Below, in pieces: positions 1-6,819 of a stretch of 6,967 nt of DNA. The stretch is from the IMG/VR virus record IMGVR_UViG_2706794683_000011; one strand, given 5' to 3'. Position 1 is the first letter of the stretch. Each line of letters begins with the position of its first letter. The notes under the pieces were generated by a model, which searched no databases, was not told the DNA's origin, and saw only the letters and a program-made list of their open reading frames with translations. Origin of the DNA: a virus (taxonomy: Duplodnaviria; Heunggongvirae; Uroviricota; Caudoviricetes). The position numbers and the translations under genes are program-made.

Positions 1-107
1 GGCTGGGACGGAAGTCGCTGTCGTTCTCAAAATCGGTGGAGCTGCATGACAAAGTCATCGGGCATTATCTGAACATAAAACACTATCAATAAGTTGGAGT
101 CATTACC
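1..107 (+). mobile_element. IS1 right-end fragment (last 107 bp of IS1 including the right terminal inverted repeat; rest of element lies beyond window start)
   Basis: Bases 1..107 match the last 107 bp of the complete IS1 at 6195..6301 except one base (pos 4 t versus a at 6198) and end in the IS1 terminus ATCAATAAGTTGGAGTCATTACC. Confidence 0.95.
3..92 (+). CDS. insB: IS1 transposase InsB, C-terminal 29 codons only (5' part outside window)
   Basis: Frame translates [29 protein letters not shown] then stop; same as the C-terminus of the 167-aa insB ORF at 5783..6286 except L here where the internal copy has Q. Confidence 0.85.
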   Translation: MGRKSLSFSKSVELHDKVIGHYLNIKHYQ

Positions 108-497
108 CCAATTTTTTACGTACGTAAACCACTAAATGATATTTGCGAGAATGCTACCGAGTATTGAAAACACCACTACAAATACATAAGCAAATCCCAA
201 CAAATAACCAACAAATAATTTCCAGTGTTATTTTTAGCCGGTTTAAATTGAACCTTCAAATTATAGAGCACTTATAAATAACAGCCGTTAATATAAATTG
301 GCTAATAGATTTATTTTTATTCAGTCAAGAGCCATGAATAGGATTCGATAGAAAAAAGTTCAGATAAAAATAGAGATCTACTTCACAAATCAAACGAGAA
401 ACCAAAACTTACATCTTGAAATAATCACATTGATTAGATGAATATTTATCGCGCAATGACATCATTTTTTAATAATAGTTCAAAAAAAGGGCTCACG

Positions 498-1580
498 ATG
501 AAAAAATTAACAGTGGCAATTTCTGCTGTAGCTGCATCAGTACTGATGGCGATGTCTGCTCAGGCAGCTGAAATTTATAATAAAGACAGTAACAAGCTGG
601 ATCTGTACGGGAAAGTTAATGCTAAGCACTACTTCTCCTCTAATGATGCAGATGATGGTGATACTACTTATGCCCGTCTTGGCTTCAAAGGTGAAACCCA
701 AATCAACGATCAACTGACTGGTTTCGGTCAGTGGGAATATGAATTCAAAGGCAACCGCGCTGAATCTCAAGGTTCCTCCAAAGATAAAACCCGTCTTGCC
801 TTCGCTGGCCTGAAATTCGGTGACTACGGCTCCATCGATTACGGCCGTAACTACGGTGTAGCATACGACATCGGTGCGTGGACTGACGTCCTGCCAGAAT
901 TCGGTGGTGACACTTGGACTCAAACAGATGTGTTCATGACTGGTCGCACCACTGGTGTTGCAACTTATCGTAACAACGACTTCTTTGGTCTGGTTGATGG
1001 TCTGAACTTTGCTGCTCAGTATCAGGGTAAAAATGACCGCACTGACGTAACTGAAGCTAATGGTGATGGTTTCGGTTTCTCCACTACTTATGAGTATGAA
1101 GGATTCGGTGTAGGTGCAACCTATGCTAAATCTGACCGCACTAATAATCAGGTTATCTACGGTAACAACAGCCTGAATGCATCTGGTCAAAATGCTGAAG
1201 TATGGGCAGCTGGTCTGAAATATGATGCGAACAACATCTATCTGGCTACCACCTATTCTGAAACCCAGAACATGACTGTTTTTGGTAATAACCATATTGC
1301 CAACAAAGCACAAAACTTCGAAGTAGTTGCACAATATCAGTTCGACTTCGGTCTGCGTCCGTCCGTTGCTTACCTGCAATCTAAAGGAAAAGACTTGGGT
1401 GCGTGGGGTGATCAGGACCTGGTTGAATATATTGATGTAGGTGCAACCTATTACTTCAACAAAAATATGTCCACTTTTGTTGATTACAAAATCAACCTGA
1501 TTGATAAGAGCGATTTCACGAAAGCATCTGGCGTTGCTACCGATGATATCGTTGCTGTAGGTATGGTTTACCAGTTCTAA
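498..1580 (+). CDS. nmpC: Outer-membrane general porin, OmpC/OmpF/PhoE family, prophage-associated NmpC type (360 aa precursor)
   Basis: Translation starts [39 protein letters not shown]: a typical signal peptide with AQA cleavage site followed by the conserved porin N-terminus. Contains porin hallmarks ([34 protein letters not shown]) and ends in the C-terminal beta-barrel signal VYQF. SD-like AAAGGG precedes ATG 498. The ORF-track start at 438 adds 20 residues ahead of the signal peptide and is probably not used. Assignment by recall of NmpC/OmpF sequences. Confidence 0.9.
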   Translation: MKKLTVAISAVAASVLMAMSAQAAEIYNKDSNKLDLYGKVNAKHYFSSNDADDGDTTYARLGFKGETQINDQLTGFGQWEYEFKGNRAESQGSSKDKTRLAFAGLKFGDYGSIDYGRNYGVAYDIGAWTDVLPEFGGDTWTQTDVFMTGRTTGVATYRNNDFFGLVDGLNFAAQYQGKNDRTDVTEANGDGFGFSTTYEYEGFGVGATYAKSDRTNNQVIYGNNSLNASGQNAEVWAAGLKYDANNIYLATTYSETQNMTVFGNNHIANKAQNFEVVAQYQFDFGLRPSVAYLQSKGKDLGAWGDQDLVEYIDVGATYYFNKNMSTFVDYKINLIDKSDFTKASGVATDDIVAVGMVYQF

Positions 1581-1717
1581 TTTGATTACTAAAAGATATG
1601 TTGCGGGAGGCTTTGCCTCCCCAACATATAAGTGGCTCCCTCAAGCCACTTCCTTTAGGAGCACAACCTTGCTTCTAACTATATAAACCTTCTGTTATAT
1701 ATTACCCTTTATTTTTG

Positions 1718-1751
1718 GGGGCGTTGCAACGCCCCATTTTTAATAATTTTT
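1718..1751 (+). terminator. Candidate rho-independent terminator for nmpC (GC hairpin plus T tract)
   Basis: Perfect 18-bp palindrome GGGGCGTTGCAACGCCCC (1718..1735) followed immediately by ATTTTTAATAATTTTT. On the minus strand the hairpin is followed by A-rich sequence, so it is + strand specific. It lies 137 nt after the nmpC stop. Confidence 0.5.
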
Positions 1752-1768
1752 AGTAAACAATTGGCATA

Positions 1769-2152
1769 TTAATTAGAGTTATTAACAACGATATCCATCT
1801 CTAACCGGATATCTAATGCCATTAACATCCCTTCAATTATGCCCTCAGCCTTCTGTAACCTTTTCCCGATATAACCATCAGAGCAGCAATGCTTACCTGC
1901 CAGTGACATGAATGTCATACCGACTACATAATAATCTACTAATAAATCGTGCAAATCGCTGTTGTTCTTTTTCAGACGGGCCATGCACCCGCAAATAATC
2001 ATCGCGTCATCGTCACAACATTGCGGGCGAGATTTTACTTTTGAAGTAATTAATCCCTTAAAACCGGCGGCAATGGACGACCAGGTCACATCTTCATGAT
2101 TATTAGCCGCCCACGCTCCCCAACGCTCAAGAACCATCTGAATATCACGCAT
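1769..2152 (-). CDS. quuD: Prophage late-gene antitermination protein Q homolog (127 aa)
   Basis: Translation [34 protein letters not shown]...[16 protein letters not shown]... matches the DLP12 QuuD (YbcQ) type as I recall it. GGAG lies 7 nt before ATG 2152. The ORF-track start at 2167 is a TTG five codons upstream and probably not the real start. Position after rusA/ylcG fits lambdoid synteny. Confidence 0.85.
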   Translation of the reverse strand: MRDIQMVLERWGAWAANNHEDVTWSSIAAGFKGLITSKVKSRPQCCDDDAMIICGCMARLKKNNSDLHDLLVDYYVVGMTFMSLAGKHCCSDGYIGKRLQKAEGIIEGMLMALDIRLEMDIVVNNSN

Positions 2153-2237
2153 CAACTTACTCCACAAAAATCAGACCAGAACGCCAATTACAAGCAAAAA
2201 TCAACAAAACAGTATTAGTTGATTGTTATCTCTGACT

Positions 2238-2378
2238 TCATACTCCTGCTCCTGTCAGGGTTTTGGCGTAATTCTTCAGTATTCGGTAATCGGTCAAAAC
2301 AGAACCGGGGAAACGATATAAGCGCAGATGCCCCCAGCGGTGGCGAAGAAGTTCTGCCATATAAAACTCAAACATCAT
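2238..2378 (-). CDS. ylcG: Small prophage protein between rusA and Q (46 aa), YlcG-like
   Basis: Minus-strand ORF ATGATGTTTGAG... translating [46 protein letters not shown] then stop. Its ATG overlaps the rusA stop (ATGA). Below the ORF-track size cut-off, found by hand translation. Name from size and synteny plus partial recall of the sequence. Confidence 0.55.
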   Translation of the reverse strand: MMFEFYMAELLRHRWGHLRLYRFPGSVLTDYRILKNYAKTLTGAGV

Positions 2379-2737
2379 TCATTCCCCATTTCGGTGATGG
2401 TCAGTTCCAGCCTCCCACCTTTGGTAACAGGCATCTTCACAACGCGGTAATCAACGACCTGAGCATCATCCAGCCAGAAACCTGCTTTGGTGAGTGCGTC
2501 AAAAGCGGCTTTTTGCAGATTATCCAGGTCACGGCGACGGCGATCCGGCATGTGGCACTCAATACGGATTTTCACTGGCATAGCCAGGCCGATATCCAGC
2601 ATTGCGTTTTTAATGATTCGGGTGACGTTATCGCGGTATGCCTGCCCTTCTGCGCTGATGTGTGTGCGCCCGCGATTATGGCGGTAATAGCGGTTATTGC
2701 TCGGAGGCCAGGGTAATGTGATGCTGTAGGTATTCAC
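2375..2737 (-). CDS. rusA: Holliday-junction resolvase RusA (120 aa)
   Basis: Translation [38 protein letters not shown]...[39 protein letters not shown]... is the RusA endonuclease sequence as recalled. Start codon is GTG (in-frame TAA two codons upstream), preceded by GAGGGGG, and overlaps the ybcO stop as GTGA. Confidence 0.9.
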   Translation of the reverse strand: MNTYSITLPWPPSNNRYYRHNRGRTHISAEGQAYRDNVTRIIKNAMLDIGLAMPVKIRIECHMPDRRRRDLDNLQKAAFDALTKAGFWLDDAQVVDYRVVKMPVTKGGRLELTITEMGNE

Positions 2738-3024
2738 GCCTTAATAACCCCCTCTTTCAGCCAGATAACCTGCGTTCTCGCCATACCTTCCAGCGCGCAT
2801 TCTTTTGCATACTCAGCATCGACAAAATATGTGCGGCGGTCGATTTCGTCGTGACAGGCAGAACATGCAATGGTGGCAATCAGGTCTGGCGGTTTGATAC
2901 CGGTACCGCACAATCCAGCCAGCCGGATATGTGCCAGTACTGACGTTTCAGGATTGCCATTACATACGCCAGGGATTCTTACCTGGCATTCCCGACCACG
3001 CGCTGCTTTTCTCAAATCAGCCAT
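2734..3024 (-). CDS. ybcO: Prophage Cys-rich protein YbcO (DUF1364-type putative nuclease, 96 aa)
   Basis: Translation [64 protein letters not shown]... Strong SD GGAGG lies 5 nt before ATG 3024. The ORF-track start at 3063 adds 13 residues with no SD. Lambdoid nin-region synteny. Confidence 0.85.
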   Translation of the reverse strand: MADLRKAARGRECQVRIPGVCNGNPETSVLAHIRLAGLCGTGIKPPDLIATIACSACHDEIDRRTYFVDAEYAKECALEGMARTQVIWLKEGVIKA

Positions 3025-3187
3025 GATTCCTCCTTGCTGCCAGTCGCAACCATTTTTTATCAACCAGGCTAGCGGTATATCCGAGCAGTGTTGGTATTTC
3101 GGATGGCTTCAGCTCAGGCTTACGCTTACGACGATTTGATACTCTGTAGATGTGCCCGTTCATGACACGAATAAGCGGTGTAGCCAT
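3017..3187 (-). CDS. ninE: NinE-family small protein (56 aa)
   Basis: Hand translation of minus strand gives [56 protein letters not shown] then stop, which matches lambda-type NinE as recalled. Its ATG overlaps the ybcN stop (TAATG) and its stop overlaps the ybcO start (ATGGCTGA). Missing from the ORF track because of size. Confidence 0.8.
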   Translation of the reverse strand: MATPLIRVMNGHIYRVSNRRKRKPELKPSEIPTLLGYTASLVDKKWLRLAARRNHG

Positions 3188-3642
3188 TACGCCTCCTGCT
3201 TATCGCGCAGCTGCTGGTATTCACAGCTCTGCGGAATTGTCAGGTGGCAGCCGATATTCATCGCCCAGGCTTCGACTTTGCACAGGAAGATGTACATCTC
3301 GCCGGTTTCCAGCTCTGACGTATGGCGGAGGGATTGGACGGTGGTGACCTCGCCGGACACGACATCTACACGGTCTTTGCTTTCGTAGCCGAGATAGGTG
3401 TGCTTCATCGCGTCTTTGACCCACTCAGGCGTAGCGAAGGTCTTGCCGCGGGCGATGAGATATTCGCTGATCTCCGTGTACCACATGTGGCTGAGCGCGT
3501 TCTGCGACAGGCTGCGCTTCTCGCGCCACGGCTTAACCTGCAGGCGTAAGCATTGCCCGGCATCCAGCAATGGCTGAATCTGCTGGCCGATGGCCGCGAA
3601 GTTACCGCGATGGAGTTTGATGCCGTCTACTGGCAGAGTCAT
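3187..3642 (-). CDS. ybcN: NinB/YbcN-family prophage protein (151 aa)
   Basis: Translation MTLPVDGIKLHRGNFAAIGQQIQPLLDAGQCLRLQVKPWREKRSLSQNALSHMWYTEISEYL... recalled as DLP12 YbcN (NinB-like, R.LSQN motif). SD GGGAGG lies before ATG 3642. Confidence 0.85.
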   Translation of the reverse strand: MTLPVDGIKLHRGNFAAIGQQIQPLLDAGQCLRLQVKPWREKRSLSQNALSHMWYTEISEYLIARGKTFATPEWVKDAMKHTYLGYESKDRVDVVSGEVTTVQSLRHTSELETGEMYIFLCKVEAWAMNIGCHLTIPQSCEYQQLRDKQEA

Positions 3643-3734
3643 ACGGCCTCCCTAACGGAAACCGCAGAATGCAGAAAATCGCAGGTGCATTTCTGCATCT
3701 GTGACAAGGTGATGAGTTCAGATTGTGGTCGCAT
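3639..3734 (-). CDS. Small ORF (31 aa) immediately upstream of and translationally coupled to ybcN; occupies the ylcH position of DLP12
   Basis: Minus-strand ATG 3734 follows an in-frame TAA and the SD AAGGGGA. Translation is MRPQSELITLSQMQKCTCDFLHSAVSVREAV; its TGA overlaps the ybcN ATG (GTATGACT). Sequence not recognised from memory, so called on position and coupling only. Confidence 0.4.
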   Translation of the reverse strand: MRPQSELITLSQMQKCTCDFLHSAVSVREAV

Positions 3735-3906
3735 TTAAGTCCCCTTAAATGCGCAGAAGTCACCGGAGTTGTTCAGGCTCCGATGAGAGGATTATGGCGG
3801 ATTGATTACGATAAATCAAAACTATCTTGAAGCCAAAACAGTGATCTTCGCTTTAAAAACCTTGTATACTTTCACCTAATCACAGCCAGAACTATGGATC
3901 TAACCA

Positions 3907-4284
3907 ATGACCAACAAAGAAAACAAAGATAAATATATTAACAAGTTCAAGAAAGAGCTTTCAAAATATATACAACCAACTGCTGGAGTGGACATTCAAT
4001 TATTTAACTCTAAGGATGGTGGTGGTGTAATTAAAGCCACTTTGAATAGAAGTGGAAAAAGAAAATCATCTATTGCTGGTAATTTTACTAAATTAGGTGA
4101 GGCAATTACCTCGAGTGGGCAGAGGGTTTTTGGTGGTGATCTATCAAATGTGAATTTTTACGGAACAAATACGATTTTTGATGGAGATACAATATTTTTA
4201 ATTAAATCACCTGATTCAGAGGAGTGGTCATCACAAAAAGCTTCCAAAGACGTAGAGGGCATCGTATTTGGAGGGAAAAAATGA
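3907..4284 (+). CDS. Hypothetical soluble protein (125 aa), AT-rich cargo gene, no family assigned
   Basis: Clean ORF: ATG 3907 directly follows an in-frame TAA. Lys-rich N-terminus MTNKENKDKYINKFKKELSKY, Gly-rich segments GGGVIKATLNRSGKRK and QRVFGGDLSNVNFYGTNTIFDGDTIFLI, C-terminus IVFGGKK. No signal peptide or hydrophobic helix. No clear SD. G+C visibly lower than flanking prophage genes. Confidence 0.55.
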   Translation: MTNKENKDKYINKFKKELSKYIQPTAGVDIQLFNSKDGGGVIKATLNRSGKRKSSIAGNFTKLGEAITSSGQRVFGGDLSNVNFYGTNTIFDGDTIFLIKSPDSEEWSSQKASKDVEGIVFGGKK

Positions 4285-4366
4285 TTAACATTACTACTAA
4301 GGATGCACTCAAGTCAGTGGTGAAGTAAGAGATCTAGTAATTCTTCTTGAAACTGATGGAAAAACG

Positions 4367-4708
4367 GTGTCTGATTATTTGCAGCCAATCCCTCCCAAAA
4401 AAGATACACACTGGAGCATGATTTTCATTCCGGTAGCAATTTATATACTACTTAATCTTGTATACATTATTGCTCACCCATTATTTCCTGAAAAATATCT
4501 AAAAACATCAACATCTATATTTCTATTCATTTCCTTCATATTAAGTGCAATAGTAGCATATTTTGTTTTCCATAAGCATAAATCTGCCACTCTATCCATA
4601 TGCAGCTTAGTGTTCTTAGTGTTAATTGTAGGTGCTAACGTAGGGTTTATCAGTTACAGCGACCTAACACAAAAAGCGACGCAAAAATTAGATAGTTTGT
4701 CTAAATAA
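4367..4708 (+). CDS. Hypothetical small integral membrane protein, three predicted TM helices (113 aa from GTG 4367, or 96 aa from ATG 4418)
   Basis: Three hydrophobic stretches (IFIPVAIYILLNLVYIIA, IFLFISFILSAIVAYFVF, LSICSLVFLVLIVGANVGFI) followed by a charged tail SYSDLTQKATQKLDSLSK. Frame is open from 4301. The first canonical start is GTG 4367 (weak SD); ATG 4418 has GGAG only 1 nt upstream. Start is therefore uncertain. Confidence 0.5.
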   Translation: MSDYLQPIPPKKDTHWSMIFIPVAIYILLNLVYIIAHPLFPEKYLKTSTSIFLFISFILSAIVAYFVFHKHKSATLSICSLVFLVLIVGANVGFISYSDLTQKATQKLDSLSK

Positions 4709-4815
4709 TTATGTTGCCATGCGAAGTATGCATGGCTGCATGTCTGCCTTCCATTTAAAATGGGCTAAGACCTATAACCCTAAATATTATTCTTTATTAT
4801 CTTCTTTACCACTTC

Positions 4816-5046
4816 GGTGATGCTGCCAACTTACTGATTTAGTGTATGATGGTGTTTTTGAGGTGCTCCAGTGGCTTCTGTTTCTATCAGCTGTCCCTCC
4901 TGTTCAGCTACTGACGGGGTGGTGCGTAACGGCAAAAGCACTGCCGGACATCAGCGCTATCTCTGCTCTCACTGCCGTAAAACATGGCAACTGCAGTTCA
5001 CTTACACCGCTTCTCAACCCGGTACGCACCAGAAAATCATTGATAT
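4816..5046 (+). mobile_element. IS1 left-end fragment (first 231 bp: left inverted repeat and 5' part of insA), truncated by IS21-family sequence
   Basis: 4816..5046 is identical to 5534..5764 of the complete IS1 and begins with the IS1 terminus GGTGATGCTGCCAACTTACTGAT. Identity stops after ...CATTGATAT, where the complete copy continues GGCCATG and this copy continues TGTCAGCGCC. Confidence 0.9.
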
Positions 5047-5287
5047 TGTCAGCGCCAGTGATATAAGACGGTAATTCGCCATTTGGATTGTCCGCTCCAC
5101 CCAACATGTTGTTTCCTTAAGGTTCTCACACCAGAAAGGACATCAACATGCTGAGCAGAGAGGACTTTTACATGATAAAGCAAATGCACCAGCAGGGCGC
5201 GTACATCGTCGATATTGCGACTCAGATTGGTTGCTCTGAACGGACGGTCAGACGCTACCTCAAATACCCTGAACCGCCAGCCAGAAT
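5047..5287 (+). mobile_element. IS21-family element, left end with 5' part of istA (IS100/IS21-like); runs into assembly gap
   Basis: Sequence begins TGTCAGCGCCAGTG (TG... terminus typical of the IS21 family, from memory). About 100 bp further in, an ORF starts MLSREDFYMIKQMHQQGAYIVDIATQIGCSERTVRRYLKYPEPPAR, which I recognise as the helix-turn-helix N-terminus of IS21-family IstA transposases. Confidence 0.75.
5148..5287 (+). CDS. istA: IS21-family transposase IstA, N-terminal 46 codons (remainder in gap)
   Basis: See the IS21-family element above. The ORF-track extension 5148..5555 is translation through N bases and is not real. Confidence 0.75.
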
Positions 5288-5533
5288 NNNNNNNNNNNNN
5301 NNNNNNNNNNNNNNNNNNNNNNNNNNNNNNNNNNNNNNNNNNNNNNNNNNNNNNNNNNNNNNNNNNNNNNNNNNNNNNNNNNNNNNNNNNNNNNNNNNNN
5401 NNNNNNNNNNNNNNNNNNNNNNNNNNNNNNNNNNNNNNNNNNNNNNNNNNNNNNNNNNNNNNNNNNNNNNNNNNNNNNNNNNNNNNNNNNNNNNNNNNNN
5501 NNNNNNNNNNNNNNNNNNNNNNNNNNNNNNNNN
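5288..5533. other. Assembly gap (246 N)
   Basis: Uninterrupted run of n from 5288 to 5533. It is bounded on the left by IS21-family sequence and on the right by the first base of an IS1 copy. Confidence 0.99.
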
Positions 5534-5588
5534 GGTGATGCTGCCAACTTACTGATTTAGTGTATGATGGTGTTTTTGAGGTGCTCCA

Positions 5589-5864
5589 GTGGCTTCTGTT
5601 TCTATCAGCTGTCCCTCCTGTTCAGCTACTGACGGGGTGGTGCGTAACGGCAAAAGCACTGCCGGACATCAGCGCTATCTCTGCTCTCACTGCCGTAAAA
5701 CATGGCAACTGCAGTTCACTTACACCGCTTCTCAACCCGGTACGCACCAGAAAATCATTGATATGGCCATGAATGGCGTTGGATGCCGGGCAACTGCACG
5801 CATTATGGGCGTTGGCCTCAACACGATTTTACGTCACTTAAAAAACTCAGGCCGCAGTCGGTAA
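5589..5864 (+). CDS. insA: IS1 protein InsA (91 aa)
   Basis: Translation [91 protein letters not shown]. Confidence 0.92.
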
Positions 5865-6286
5865 CCTCGCGCATACAGCCGGGCAGTGACGTCATCGTCT
5901 GCGCGGAAATGGACGAACAGTGGGGCTATGTCGGGGCTAAATCGCGCCAGCGCTGGCTGTTTTACGCGTATGACAGTCTCCGGAAGACGGTTGTTGCGCA
6001 CGTATTCGGTGAACGCACTATGGCGACGCTGGGGCGTCTTATGAGCCTGCTGTCACCCTTTGACGTGGTGATATGGATGACGGATGGCTGGCCGCTGTAT
6101 GAATCCCGCCTGAAGGGAAAGCTGCACGTAATCAGCAAGCGATATACGCAGCGAATTGAGCGGCATAACCTGAATCTGAGGCAGCACCTGGCACGGCAGG
6201 GACGGAAGTCGCTGTCGTTCTCAAAATCGGTGGAGCTGCATGACAAAGTCATCGGGCATTATCTGAACATAAAACACTATCAATAA
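5783..6286 (+). CDS. insB: IS1 InsB ORF (167 aa; normally expressed as InsAB' fusion by -1 frameshift)
   Basis: Translation [53 protein letters not shown]...HYLNIKHYQ, in the -1 frame relative to insA. Confidence 0.92.
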
Positions 6287-6441
6287 GTTGGAGTCATTAC
6301 CCGATTATCCGACTTATTAAAAATGCCTGTTTAAAATTATATAATTTAGCACATACCGCAACCAACTCCCACCTTAAACCAACTGGTCCGGATAATTCAG
6401 ATGTTCTCCTGTTCAAAAAGCTATTCTCCCCTTCGAAATTA

Positions 6442-6819
6442 ATGACAATTATCGGTGATGAAATTCCTCTTATATCTGAAAAACAGTCGCTTTCAAAGGT
6501 GCTTTTAAATGATGAGAATAATGAACTGAGTGATGGTACAAACTTCTGGGATAAAAATCGTCAATTAACCACAGATGAAATAGCTTGCTATCTTCAGAAG
6601 ATCGCCGCTAATGCAAAAAATACTCAAGTCAATTATCCTACTGGTCTCTACGTCCCCTACTCCACCAGAACTCACCTGGAAGACGCTCTCAATGAAAATA
6701 TTAAGAGCGATCCATCATGGCCGAATGAAGTCCAGTTATTCCCCATAAATACTGGCGGACACTGGATATTAGTTTCGCTACAGAAAATAGTAAATAAAAA
6801 AATAATAAACTACAAATAA
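6442..6819 (+). CDS. AT-rich orphan ORF (125 aa from first ATG); probable remnant of a larger gene; motif pattern reminiscent of Ulp1/CE-clan cysteine peptidases (tentative)
   Basis: No SD before ATG 6442, and the reading frame is open without a stop from 6244 across the IS1 boundary (6301) into the ORF. Contains [20 protein letters not shown] and, about 70 residues later, [15 protein letters not shown]...KKIINY. This resembles the Ulp1 pattern W-LND...IFIPIN..SHWALGIID.KKKTIGY (catalytic His in the HW motif), but the ORF stops about where the catalytic Asp and Cys would follow. Confidence 0.45.
   Translation: MTIIGDEIPLISEKQSLSKVLLNDENNELSDGTNFWDKNRQLTTDEIACYLQKIAANAKNTQVNYPTGLYVPYSTRTHLEDALNENIKSDPSWPNEVQLFPINTGGHWILVSLQKIVNKKIINYK

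Larger units (their letters stand above)
5534..6301 (+). mobile_element. IS1, complete 768-bp copy
   Basis: Begins with left IR GGTGATGCTGCCAACTTACTGAT and ends with right IR ATCAATAAGTTGGAGTCATTACC. Contains insA and insB in the -1 frame arrangement, with the A6C slippery motif TTAAAAAAC at 5838..5846. Confidence 0.95.

Noticed and set aside
116-127. Perfect 12-bp palindrome TTACGTACGTAA 9 bp from the IS1 end
   Set aside because: A 12-bp palindrome is expected about once by chance in a window of this size, and there is no partner half-site or adjacent regulator gene. Not called as an operator.
438-497. 20-codon N-terminal extension of the porin ORF in the track ([20 protein letters not shown])
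   Set aside because: It would bury the signal peptide. ATG 498 has an SD and yields a canonical MKKLTVAIS signal sequence.
380-497. Sigma-70 promoter for the porin gene (TTGAAA at 416..421, AATAAT at 471..476)
   Set aside because: No -35/-10 pair with 16 to 18 bp spacing could be found by eye. A promoter call would need transcript mapping.
537-1379. 280-aa minus-strand ORF
   Set aside because: Lies entirely antisense within the porin gene, whose own frame carries a signal peptide and conserved porin motifs. Treated as a shadow ORF.
2219-2716. 165-aa + strand ORF, plus the 66-aa ORF at 2487..2687
   Set aside because: Antisense to ylcG and rusA, which have recognisable protein sequences and coupled junctions. 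No start context.
2870-3738. Several overlapping ORFs on both strands (2870..3139, 3150..3347, 3152..3388, 3221..3424, 3322..3549, 3553..3738)
   Set aside because: All overlap ybcO, ninE, ybcN or the small upstream ORF in other frames or antisense. Arg/Pro-rich translations typical of out-of-frame reading of GC-rich coding DNA.
3965-4100. Possible P-loop in the 125-aa ORF (TLNRSGKRKSS)
   Set aside because: Does not fit the Walker A spacing G-x4-G-K-S/T (GK is followed by R). Gly richness alone is insufficient.
4716-4736. Inverted repeat GCCATGC-7 nt-GCATGGC after the membrane ORF as a terminator
   Set aside because: No T tract follows on either strand, so not called as an intrinsic terminator.
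5215-5555. ORFs running through the N gap (5215..5538 +, 5260..5547 -, and the tail of 5148..5555)
   Set aside because: Translations are strings of X produced from N bases; no sequence information.
4842-6252. Alternate-frame ORFs inside IS1 copies (4842..5066, 4904..5107, 5560..5772, 5962..6252)
   Set aside because: They overlap insA or insB in other frames or antisense. IS1 is adequately explained by insA/insB.
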